This document shows positions 1 through 7,623 of a stretch of DNA of 32,000 nt, in pieces. Location: the NCBI RefSeq assembly GCF_001548275.1, contig NZ_AP014945.1:1500001-1532000 (forward strand). The letters run 5' to 3'. The notes beneath the pieces are model-generated. The model was given only the letters and a program-made list of their open reading frames with translations. It did no database searches and was not told where the DNA came from. The position numbers and the translations under genes are program-made. Positions within the stretch are counted from its first letter, which is position 1. Every line of letters begins with the position of its first letter. Source of the DNA: Caldimicrobium thiodismutans. GTDB taxonomy: Bacteria; Desulfobacterota; Thermodesulfobacteria; Thermodesulfobacteriales; Thermodesulfobacteriaceae.

Positions 1-1
1 G

Positions 2-172
2 GAGGCAAGGGAGCTTGTGCTTGAGGCCATAGAGGTGAAGCTTGGGTATGTGCCTGAGGAAGTGAGGGAGAGGGTGGTAAGAGAGGAGGATAGAGGAGTT
101 CTCAAGGAGTGGCTGAGGAAAATAATTCTTGCGAAGAATTCTGAAGATATCTTTCAACTTTTTGAAAATTGA
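2..172 (+). CDS. 3' end of a gene cut by the window edge; DUF4351-like C-terminal tail as seen in Rpn-family PD-(D/E)XK recombination-promoting nuclease/putative transposase proteins
   Basis: Frame 2 is open from the edge to TGA at 170-172: EARELVLEAIEVKLGYVPEEVRERVVREEDRGVLKEWLRKIILAKNSEDIFQLFEN*. The pattern (K)LG-x-VPEEV...L.EWL......S.EDIF resembles the DUF4351 tail from memory. Not in the ORF track because it has no start in the window. Confidence 0.45.
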   Translation, partial: EARELVLEAIEVKLGYVPEEVRERVVREEDRGVLKEWLRKIILAKNSEDIFQLFEN

Positions 173-321
173 TAATTTCATTATTTATTTAACCTATCTA
201 ACTTTATCAACTGTTATGGCTTTATTAGAAATTTATTAAAATTTTAAACTCCTTCAACAAAATCATTTATTCAATTAAAATTAAAAGACGCTATTGAATA
301 TTTCAAAAATAAGGATAGGGG

Positions 322-423
322 TGCATAAGTTGAGATCTTTACATAAAAATAGGTGGAAATAGGTTAGAGGTGAGAAGTAGCAGAAAAAATCATCTTGAGT
401 CACAAAAGATATGGACGCTAACA
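322..423 (-). repeat. R2 interspersed repeat, short copy (about 102 bp), inverted orientation
   Basis: The reverse complement starts TGTTAGCGTCCATATCTTTTGTGAC and ends TGTAAAGATCTCAACTTATGCA. These match the termini of the copies at 11458, 17500 and 29907 (TGTATGCGTCCATATCTTTT.AGAC ... TGTAAGGATA.GAACTT.TGCA). Confidence 0.7.
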
Positions 424-428
424 AGGCC

Positions 429-456
429 TTGTCTTTTATGCTCAGGGCTATATAAT
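429..456 (+). promoter_or_regulatory. sigma70-like promoter for the cytochrome c gene
   Basis: TTGTCT (429-434), 16-nt spacer, TATAAT (451-456). AGGAGG at 471-476 sits 5 nt before the ATG at 482. Confidence 0.4.
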
Positions 457-481
457 TAAAATACATAAAAAGGAGGAAACT

Positions 482-796
482 ATGAAAAAGTCAGTATTAT
501 TAATGGCTCTTATCTTTTTACCAACCTTAGGGTTTGCCTCAAATGGAGAAGAGATTTTTAAAACTAAGGGGTGTGGTGGTTGCCACTCTAAAGAATATGA
601 CTCTTTTGCCCCATCCTTAAAGACTATTTCTAAAAGTTATTACAAGAAAAATCAGGAGTTGAAAGATTATTTACAGGGAAAAAAGCCTGGCCTTATCAAA
701 GGTGAGCCTAAGACCATGAAAGGTTTTATTAATATTACTAAAAAACTTAGTGAAAAAGATCTCTCCGCCCTTATAGAGTATTTACTTTCCTTTTAG
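482..796 (+). CDS. small periplasmic class I cytochrome c (c551/c552-like)
   Basis: 104 aa with an N-terminal signal peptide, a single CGGCH heme motif followed by APSLKTISKSY (compare GPxxKxxAxKY in c551/552), and a strong RBS. Confidence 0.85.
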   Translation: MKKSVLLMALIFLPTLGFASNGEEIFKTKGCGGCHSKEYDSFAPSLKTISKSYYKKNQELKDYLQGKKPGLIKGEPKTMKGFINITKKLSEKDLSALIEYLLSF

Positions 797-802
797 TATC
801 TC

Positions 803-2101
803 GTGATTTATGAAGATCTTCTCTCTTTTTGGATAGCCTTCTTCCTGTGGGAACTCATTCCCTCTTCTTTTTCATGGGAGTTCTCTCCTTATTTAAAAAT
901 TTTGCTCTTTATAAGTAAAGAGCTTTTCTTTTGCCTAAGTTTAATTTTTATTGCCCGAAGGGCAGGTTCAGGTAACGAGAGGAGTTATTTTTATGTAGAA
1001 AAAATTTTTCTCCTTTTTTCATTTATTTTCTATAGTTTTGATCTTGCCTTTTTTGGACTTAAAAAATTCCTGAGTCCCTATTATTTTTCTGTATTTCCAG
1101 CTCTTTTCTGGTTTTTTCATTATTATATCCTGATAAAAATTGCATTTTATCGGTTTCGTATAGGGTATTTTAGGATTCTTCTTGGACTAATTTTACCCTT
1201 TTTGATTTTAATTTTCATGGAGGAGGTCCTTGATTTTTTTAAGATTTCCTTCCCTGGGCAATTTTTTCTGCTCTTACTGGGTGTAATCTCTCTTTCTCCC
1301 TATCTTGTTATCAAAATTTGGCCAGTTAAAAGGCTTCCTGATGGGCCTTTGAGAGAAGTTATAGATAAATTTTTAAGGCAAGAGAGATTAAATCTCAGAG
1401 ATTATTATATATTACCCCCTTTGGGACCCAGATTTTATACCGCAGGTGTCCTTGGATTTATACCACCTTTCAGGTATCTCTTTTTTTCATCAGGAATCCT
1501 TGAGATTATGGATTTAAAGGAGATTTTAGGAATTTTAGCCCATGAAGCTGGGCACTTAAGAAAAAGACATGGCCTGTATCTTCTTTTAGTGCTTTTGACC
1601 TTTCCCATTTTTATTTTAAATGCCTTCTATCTTTTTTTATTTACTTTTCTTATTTTATTTGATGATTTAAACGGGCTGGATAAGTTTTTGCAGGGGCCCT
1701 ATGCTATTTTTTTTGATATTGCGCTTATTATTTTTTTTCTGAGTTTGGCTATATCCTTTTTTAGGATAATATTTGCCTATTTTCTTCGTTCTCTGGAACG
1801 GGAGGCAGATTTATATGCCCTTTCAAGACTTAAAGATCCCGAACCTATGACCTCTGCTTTTTATAAACTTGGAGAAATTACAGGGCAACTTTTCAGAAAA
1901 TCATGGCATCATTATGGTCTCATGGAGCGAATCCTCTATTTAAATTATGCCTTTCAGAGGCCTGATCTTATTAAGGCCCATTCGGTAAAATTAAGGAGAA
2001 GACTTCTTCTCTGGATTCTTATGAATGTAATTATCGTTGCCTTTTTTACCTATCTTGGAGCAGATATCTTTGAAAGAATCTTGAAAATTTTTTTCCCTTG
2101 A
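803..2101 (+). CDS. polytopic membrane M48-family (HtpX/Ste24-like) zinc metalloprotease
   Basis: 432 aa and very hydrophobic/Phe-rich. HEAGH (HExxH) in LAHEAGHLRKRHG and a downstream EREAD glutamate, the typical M48 arrangement. GTG start taken from the ORF track; the exact start is uncertain. Confidence 0.75.
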   Translation: MIYEDLLSFWIAFFLWELIPSSFSWEFSPYLKILLFISKELFFCLSLIFIARRAGSGNERSYFYVEKIFLLFSFIFYSFDLAFFGLKKFLSPYYFSVFPALFWFFHYYILIKIAFYRFRIGYFRILLGLILPFLILIFMEEVLDFFKISFPGQFFLLLLGVISLSPYLVIKIWPVKRLPDGPLREVIDKFLRQERLNLRDYYILPPLGPRFYTAGVLGFIPPFRYLFFSSGILEIMDLKEILGILAHEAGHLRKRHGLYLLLVLLTFPIFILNAFYLFLFTFLILFDDLNGLDKFLQGPYAIFFDIALIIFFLSLAISFFRIIFAYFLRSLEREADLYALSRLKDPEPMTSAFYKLGEITGQLFRKSWHHYGLMERILYLNYAFQRPDLIKAHSVKLRRRLLLWILMNVIIVAFFTYLGADIFERILKIFFP

Positions 2102-2117
2102 GTAAGTTTAAAAAATA

Positions 2118-2921
2118 ATGCTAAGACCACCTTATCAGAAATATGAGACCTTTTATATTTATGGTTTTAGGGATGGGCATCCAGCCCTAAGGGTATTGGA
2201 TGACCCTGATCTTATCGGATATTGGGAGGAAGATGGCATTGGAGTGCTTTTTTTCCATAAGCCAAAGGATGCCCTGGTTCAGGAGCTGATCAATCAATTT
2301 AATCTTACTCTTGAAATTAAAGACGAGGTTCCCTATACCCAGTGGAACGAAAGGCGGATACCACAGCCCTTTGAAGTAGGGCCTTTTAAGATTGCTCCTC
2401 TCTGGTATGAGGGAAAATGGGATCTTATCTTTGATCCCAGTGTAGTCTTTGGTGAAGGAACTCATCCCACAACCACCCTTATGCTTCATTCAAGCTGGAA
2501 TTTTTATAAACTTTACGGTCTTCCCGAAAGTATTCTTGATCTTGGATGTGGATCGGGAATCCTTACCCTTTTCTGGGCAAAATTGGGAGGAAAGATTAGG
2601 GCAATAGATATAAATCCCCTCTGTGTGAAAGTTACTCAAAAGAATCTTTCCCTGAATGGCCTTCAAGCGCAAGTTCAAGAAGGTGATGTAAGAGAATTTA
2701 AAGATTTTGCCTGTGATCTTCTTTTAGCCAATCTTTATAAAGGATTACTTCTTGATCAATTTAAAAGAGAGGAATTTTTTTCAGCTAAATATTATCTTTT
2801 ATCAGGATTTACCATAGGAATGGAAGAGGAAATAATAGATGGCTTAGAGGAAAAACCAGTGAGGCTTTTAGAACGAAAACAAATAGAAAACTGGGTCTGT
2901 TATCTTTTATGTCGGATCTAA
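2118..2921 (+). CDS. prmA: ribosomal protein L11 methyltransferase
   Basis: FGEGTHPTTTLML plus the SAM motif LDLGCGSGILT and AIDINP. 267 aa. Confidence 0.85.
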   Translation: MLRPPYQKYETFYIYGFRDGHPALRVLDDPDLIGYWEEDGIGVLFFHKPKDALVQELINQFNLTLEIKDEVPYTQWNERRIPQPFEVGPFKIAPLWYEGKWDLIFDPSVVFGEGTHPTTTLMLHSSWNFYKLYGLPESILDLGCGSGILTLFWAKLGGKIRAIDINPLCVKVTQKNLSLNGLQAQVQEGDVREFKDFACDLLLANLYKGLLLDQFKREEFFSAKYYLLSGFTIGMEEEIIDGLEEKPVRLLERKQIENWVCYLLCRI

Positions 2922-3682
2922 TTTTAACTGTTGATGTGGGAAATACGGCTACAACCTGTGGTATCTTTGAGGATGAGGGGCTTTTGAGGGCTCTTTTTAG
3001 TTTTAAAACAGAGTATGTGGTTTCTCCAGAAGAGCTTTTAATAAAGGTAAATGAGTTCTTAAGTTTATTTGGGATAAAAATCAAAGATATTAAGGGACTT
3101 AGTCTTGCCTGTGTTGTTCCTCCGGTTGAGGTTTACTGGGTGGAGCTGGGTAAAAAATGGTTAGCCAGAGAGGTAGTGGTTGCCTCAGCTAAGACCGTTG
3201 GTATCCCTTTAGATCTTCATTATTCCGCAGAGGTAGGAGCAGATAGATTAGTAAATGCCTTAGGAGGCTGGATTAAATATAAGAGCTCCCTTATCATTGT
3301 TGATTTTGGCACGGCTATTACCTTTGACTGTATATCCTCTGAGGGAGTTTATTTAGGAGGAGCTATCTCTCCCGGGTTAACACTTTCCATGGAGGCCCTT
3401 TTTAAAGGCACAGCTAAGCTTCCAAGGATTGATTTGAGTAGCCCCCCAGAAAAGGCTATCGGAAAGGACACTATATCAGCCCTTAAAAGTGGGCTTCTTT
3501 TTGGTTTTGCAGGTCTTACGGATACAATGATTGAAAAGCTTACAGCTGAGATGCTAAGTAATCCTTTAGTGATAGCAACAGGAGGACTTGCCTCTTTCAT
3601 AGCTCCCCTTTCTAAAAAGATTCAAAAGATTGACCCTACCCTTACCTTAGATGGTCTTTTTTATTTATGGAAGAATCGTTAA
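2909..3682 (+). CDS. coaX: type III pantothenate kinase
   Basis: ILTVDVGNTATTCG, GADRLVNA, VDFGTAITFD and ATGGLA motifs. Overlaps prmA by 13 nt. Confidence 0.9.
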   Translation: MSDLILTVDVGNTATTCGIFEDEGLLRALFSFKTEYVVSPEELLIKVNEFLSLFGIKIKDIKGLSLACVVPPVEVYWVELGKKWLAREVVVASAKTVGIPLDLHYSAEVGADRLVNALGGWIKYKSSLIIVDFGTAITFDCISSEGVYLGGAISPGLTLSMEALFKGTAKLPRIDLSSPPEKAIGKDTISALKSGLLFGFAGLTDTMIEKLTAEMLSNPLVIATGGLASFIAPLSKKIQKIDPTLTLDGLFYLWKNR

Positions 3683-4533
3683 GTATTGCCATAATTCAGC
3701 CCTCAAGCCCGCCTGATAGAGAGCCCTTTGAAAGAGGTTTAGAAGTTTTAAAGAAGTGGAAGATTCACTTTAAAAGTTATGTGGATTTTGTAGAGGCCCA
3801 AGCCTCTCAAAAGGCCTTTCTCCTCTATGAGCTTATGACCTCTTTTAAGTTCACCCATCTCTGGGCTGTAAGAGGAGGTAGTGGGGCTATTAAGCTTTTG
3901 CCTTATTTAGATGAGTTCTTTGGAGCTAAAGCCTTTCCAGTTGAATATCTTCCTAAGCTTATTGGATTTTCCGATATTACAACTTTGCACCTTTATTTTT
4001 GGAAAAAATTTAAAAAGGTTGGGCTTCATGCTCCCATGGTTGTTAATCTTCCTGAGCTTGAAAAGAAAAGTCTTAAATGTCTTAAAAAGATATTATTAGA
4101 AGACGCTGAGGCCTTTAAAATTTTCGGATTGGCCTATAGGAAAGGGTATTCTGAAGGGGTGCTTATTGGTGGCAATCTTTCCATTTTGGCAAGTCTTTGT
4201 GGAACTCCTTATTTTCCTTATGAAGAGGAGATTATCCTCTTTATTGAGGAGACTAATGAAAAACTTTATCGGATGGAAAGGGCTTTTTTGCAGATTCTTT
4301 ATAGCCTTCCAAAAGGTGCGTTAAAAGGAGTTGTGCTGGGAGACCTTGGAGAGGTAAAGGCTGAGGATTTTTTAAAGGAGATGGAGGAATTTATTCCTGA
4401 GCATATTCCAGTTGGCTATGGCTTTCCCTTTGGACATACCTCTGTAAATATACCTTTGCCTATTGGCAGAAGGGCCTGTCTCAAGATCAGTAATAAGCGT
4501 GCAGAGTTATGTTTTGATGGAGGGCCTTTTTAA
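3667..4533 (+). CDS. ldcA: LD-carboxypeptidase (peptidase S66, muramoyltetrapeptide carboxypeptidase-like)
   Basis: VRGGSGAIKLLPYLD, nucleophile motif GFSDITTLH, C-terminal GFPFGH. Overlaps coaX by 16 nt. Confidence 0.8.
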   Translation: MEESLSIAIIQPSSPPDREPFERGLEVLKKWKIHFKSYVDFVEAQASQKAFLLYELMTSFKFTHLWAVRGGSGAIKLLPYLDEFFGAKAFPVEYLPKLIGFSDITTLHLYFWKKFKKVGLHAPMVVNLPELEKKSLKCLKKILLEDAEAFKIFGLAYRKGYSEGVLIGGNLSILASLCGTPYFPYEEEIILFIEETNEKLYRMERAFLQILYSLPKGALKGVVLGDLGEVKAEDFLKEMEEFIPEHIPVGYGFPFGHTSVNIPLPIGRRACLKISNKRAELCFDGGPF

Positions 4534-5305
4534 AAACTTTAAAGAGATTTTCAGGATCAAGACAGGGTCTTTCTGAACAGGTCTTTGGAAAACAGGGTCT
4601 ACAGGATAGGGGAAGAAATATCAGATGTGAGGTCTCTCCAAGGGGTGAAAAGATAACCTCATCAGTTGGTCCATAAAAAAGGAAAGATTTGATCCCCAGA
4701 TAAGAGGCAAGGTGAGAGATTCCACTATCATTCCCTATGAAAAGACCTGCCCTTTTAAGAAAAGAAGCTATTTCTAATATGTTAAAACTTCTGAATAGAT
4801 TTTTCTTTTTGGAAAAAAGCCAGTCCTCAGCTTCTCCTGCAAGGTAAATTACCGTAAACCCGAGATTTACTAAGTATGCCTCAATTTTTTCAAAAAGCTC
4901 TAAGGGAGGATTCTTTTTGGGAGAGCCTGAACCCGGGTGAAGCACGGCTAAATTTTTATCCCCTGGCTCATCCTCAAAAATAGGTAGCTTCCTTGAAAAA
5001 TTAAAAGGAAGGCCAAGGCTCTTAAGATAATAATAAGTAATGGGTATCCTACTTTCTGGAAAGGGATTAAGATTGCCTCTACAGGAGATGAGGATTTTTT
5101 CTTGATACCTGGATAAATCAAGAGAAGACAAAAATTCGGAACTATAGATTTTATCAGCCCATCCACAGAGATAAGCAAGTTCTAAATAGTCTCTATTTCC
5201 CACAAAGTGCACCTCAAAGCCTTTCCTTTTTAGGACTTCAGCTACAGGAAAGGTTAGAAGAGTATCTCCAAGCCCTCCTCGCCTGTAAAGTAAAACCCTG
5301 TTCAT
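4487..5305 (-). CDS. glycosyltransferase family 9 (heptosyltransferase-like), short form
   Basis: N-terminal RRGGLGDTLLTFPV and C-terminal GNDSGISHLASYLG...FYGPT are typical GT9 motifs. 272 aa. Its 3' end overlaps the convergent ldcA-like gene by 47 nt. Confidence 0.75.
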   Translation of the reverse strand: MNRVLLYRRGGLGDTLLTFPVAEVLKRKGFEVHFVGNRDYLELAYLCGWADKIYSSEFLSSLDLSRYQEKILISCRGNLNPFPESRIPITYYYLKSLGLPFNFSRKLPIFEDEPGDKNLAVLHPGSGSPKKNPPLELFEKIEAYLVNLGFTVIYLAGEAEDWLFSKKKNLFRSFNILEIASFLKRAGLFIGNDSGISHLASYLGIKSFLFYGPTDEVIFSPLGETSHLIFLPLSCRPCFPKTCSERPCLDPENLFKVFKKALHQNITLHAYY

Positions 5306-5341
5306 TTTAAAAAAGCTTAACAGCTCCTCCTGTAGCTCCCC

Positions 5342-5652
5342 CTAATACCTCATTTAATTTTCTAAAGGAATTTATTTTACCTTCTCCTCCTTTTTATTGT
5401 CAATTTTTCCCCGAAAATATTCCCTTTTTTCTCTAAATATGCTCTCTCAAGCATTTTTTCTGATATCTCCATATCTTTCTATAAAGCTCCTTACCCACTC
5501 TTTCCTTTGAAATAAGCTTTGCGAAAGAACTAAGCTTGTAAATTTAAGAGGGGCGAAATAGATAGTTTTTTTGTGAAGGTTCAAGAGAGGCGCTGAGATT
5601 TTTTATATGAAGCAACGATAAATTTTCGAATAGATTTTTAATGAGGCCATTC
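5342..5652 (+). mobile_element. R1 MITE-like interspersed repeat, copy A
   Basis: Alignable by eye over nearly its whole length with 11735-12055, 24328-24665 and (inverted) 29657-29906. Termini are CTAATACCTCATTTAA ... TTAATGAGGCCATTC (imperfect 16-bp inverted repeat). No ORF of 60 aa or more. Confidence 0.75.
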
Positions 5653-5657
5653 GGCTC

Positions 5658-5685
5658 TTGTAAAAGACTTTTTCTAAAATATAAT
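5658..5685 (+). promoter_or_regulatory. sigma70-like promoter for the DegT-type aminotransferase gene
   Basis: TTGTAA (5658-5663), 16-nt spacer, TATAAT (5680-5685). The -10 overlaps the first ATG of the track ORF (5684), which argues for the ATG at 5717 as the real start. Confidence 0.4.
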
Positions 5686-5716
5686 GCTTTTTATTAAAAA
5701 TTTTCTGAGAGAAAAA

Positions 5717-6847
5717 ATGCAAGAGATTCCCTTTTTAGATTTAAAGAGAGCCTATTTTGAGTATGGTGAGGAGATAGAAAAGGCTGTTTTAGAGGTCTTA
5801 AGGAGAGGCATTTATCTAAATGGCCCTGAGACAGCCTCCCTTGAGGAGAAGCTTGCCTCCTATTTAGGGGTTAAATATGCAGTGGGGGTTTCCTCTGGTA
5901 CAGAGGCCCTTTATCTTATTCTTAAGGCCCTTGAGCTTCCCGCTGGGAGTCATGTTATTCTTCCCTCTTTCACCTTTATTGCCACTTCTGAAGTCGTGGT
6001 AAGAGCAGGGTTTACTCCTGTTTTTGCTGACATAGATATCAATACAGGCAATCTATCCACTCATAGTGTAAAAACCCTCTATGAGAAGCTTTTGTCTGAA
6101 GGGAAAAAGGTTTCTGCTGTAATAGGAGTCAGTATTTTTGGTCTTCCAGCGGAACTTCCGGCTCTGGAGACCTTTTGTAAGGATAGAAAGCTTTATCTTA
6201 TTGAGGATATCTGTCAGGCCTTTGGGGCGGAGGTGGCAGGAAAAAAAGTCGGGACCTTCGGGATTGCCAGTGCAACCTCCTTTTACCCCACTAAAAATTT
6301 AGCCTGCTTTGGTGATGGAGGTATGGTTTTTACAGATGATTACGAGATCTACCGTAAAATAAAAGTAATGAAAGAACATGGACAAACATCCCCTTATTTT
6401 TATGAATATCATGGAATTAATGGAAGGATTGATGAAATTCAGTGTGCTATTGTAAGGGTAAAATTTAAATTTTTTGAAAAGGAGCTGGCCCTAAGAAGAT
6501 ACCTTGCAGACCTTTACACTAAGGGGTTAAAAAACCTTGCCCCAGAAATAAAGTTTTTAGAACCCCTACCGCAAGCTCTCCCTGCATATTCTCTCTATTC
6601 CATAAGAGTAAAGGCAAGGGAAGAACTTATAAAATTTCTTGCCCAAGCCCGAATAACAACACGAATTTATTATCCCTCTCCCCTTCATTTACAACCTGTT
6701 TACAAAGGGCTTGGATATCAAAAGGGGGATCTTCCTGCTACGGAAAAACTCTGTGATGAGATCCTGAGTCTTCCCTTTTTCCCTTATTTAAGGGATGAGG
6801 AAGTAGAATATGTAGTTGAGAAAATAAGGGAATTTTATGGGAGATAA
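5717..6847 (+). CDS. DegT/DnrJ/EryC1/StrS-family PLP-dependent sugar aminotransferase
   Basis: N-terminus MQEIPFLDLK is typical of the family. GVSSGTEALYL, and the PLP lysine in SFYPTKNL. The track ORF begins at 5684; I prefer the second ATG (see promoter). Confidence 0.85.
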   Translation: MQEIPFLDLKRAYFEYGEEIEKAVLEVLRRGIYLNGPETASLEEKLASYLGVKYAVGVSSGTEALYLILKALELPAGSHVILPSFTFIATSEVVVRAGFTPVFADIDINTGNLSTHSVKTLYEKLLSEGKKVSAVIGVSIFGLPAELPALETFCKDRKLYLIEDICQAFGAEVAGKKVGTFGIASATSFYPTKNLACFGDGGMVFTDDYEIYRKIKVMKEHGQTSPYFYEYHGINGRIDEIQCAIVRVKFKFFEKELALRRYLADLYTKGLKNLAPEIKFLEPLPQALPAYSLYSIRVKAREELIKFLAQARITTRIYYPSPLHLQPVYKGLGYQKGDLPATEKLCDEILSLPFFPYLRDEEVEYVVEKIREFYGR

Positions 6848-6852
6848 AAGAG

Positions 6853-7623
6853 ATGGAGATTAGAGTTTCAATTCCCTTTGAGCTTTTGCGTGAGAAGTAT
6901 TTACCCATAGTTTTTGAGCGAGGGCTTTTGATTGAGATAACTTTAAAGGCTGAGGTTTTGGATAGCTTTGAAAGGAAGGCCTTCAGGGAGGTTGCTTTCC
7001 TGTTGAAAAAAGGAGGTCTCAGGCCTACAGTTCATCTTCCATTTATGGATTTATCTTTGGCTGGACTTGATCCCTGGATCAGAAAGGTAAGTCTTAAAAG
7101 GCTTTTTCAGGGTATGGAGATAGCCTCTTTGTTTGAGCCTGCGCTTTGTGTGTTCCATAGCGGATATCATCCCGATTATCACAGGGAGCCAAGGGAAGAG
7201 TGGAGAAAAATTTTTATTGAAGAATCTTTGCCTGAGATTTTTAAACTTTCTTCAGAACTTAATTTAGTTTTAGCCCTTGAGAATGTCTTTGAGCCAGAAC
7301 CAGAATTTGTTAAGCCCATTTATACTGCTTTTGAAGGAAGGCTCCGTTGGTGCTTTGATCCAGCCCATGCTAAGGTTTTTTCAGAAAGCGAAGAAATGCA
7401 CTGGCTTAGAACCCTTTATCCCTATCTTTCAGAGATTCACTGTCATGATAATCTTGGAAGATGGGATGACCATCTGGCAGTAGGGGCAGGCATTATTGAT
7501 TTTGCAGGCCTATTTGATTTTTTGAAGACCAAGGCCCTAAGGCCAATTCTGACCATTGAGGCAAAAAAAGAAGAAGATGCTCTGGCCTCAATAAAGTATC
7601 TTGAAACCCTTAGGAACTCTTAG
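6853..7623 (+). CDS. xylose isomerase-like TIM-barrel protein (sugar phosphate isomerase/epimerase or CbiR-like phosphodiesterase family)
   Basis: 256 aa. LENVFEP, CFDPAH and EIHCHDN...DDHLAVGAGIIDF metal-ligand style motifs of the AP-endonuclease-2/xylose-isomerase-like fold. Confidence 0.65.
   Translation: MEIRVSIPFELLREKYLPIVFERGLLIEITLKAEVLDSFERKAFREVAFLLKKGGLRPTVHLPFMDLSLAGLDPWIRKVSLKRLFQGMEIASLFEPALCVFHSGYHPDYHREPREEWRKIFIEESLPEIFKLSSELNLVLALENVFEPEPEFVKPIYTAFEGRLRWCFDPAHAKVFSESEEMHWLRTLYPYLSEIHCHDNLGRWDDHLAVGAGIIDFAGLFDFLKTKALRPILTIEAKKEEDALASIKYLETLRNS

Noticed and set aside
281-466. 61-aa ORF in the intergenic region upstream of the cytochrome c gene.
   Set aside because: It lies across an R2 repeat copy and the predicted promoter. 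It has no RBS, and its composition is typical of translated AT-rich non-coding DNA.
5155-5170. DnaA-box-like ATCCACA sequence, considered together with nearby parB and DciA-like genes as a hint of a replication origin.
   Set aside because: It is a single imperfect match inside a coding region. I saw no cluster of boxes and no AT-rich unwinding element in an intergenic region.
5377-5454. Mini-ORF on the reverse strand of R1 (copy A: MLERAYLEKKGNIFGEKLTIKRRRR*; copy C: MLERAYFEKKVNYSQEKLTVKKRG*), preceded in copies B, C and D by AAGGAG 10 nt upstream.
   Set aside because: Copy B has a stop at codon 8, and copy D is interrupted by R2. Differences between A and C are mostly non-synonymous, so there is no sign of purifying selection. 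The same DNA is better explained as the outward promoter region. It could be the remnant N-terminus of an ancestral transposase, but I cannot support a peptide gene.
5342-5652. R1 as a riboswitch or conserved 5' leader of the downstream genes, since it always points into a gene start.
   Set aside because: The four downstream genes are functionally unrelated (aminotransferase, transporter, DedA, Ahb subunit). Plausible -35/-10 pairs lie between the element and each start codon, so the element would not be in the mRNA. Terminal inverted repeats and flanking duplications fit a mobile element better.
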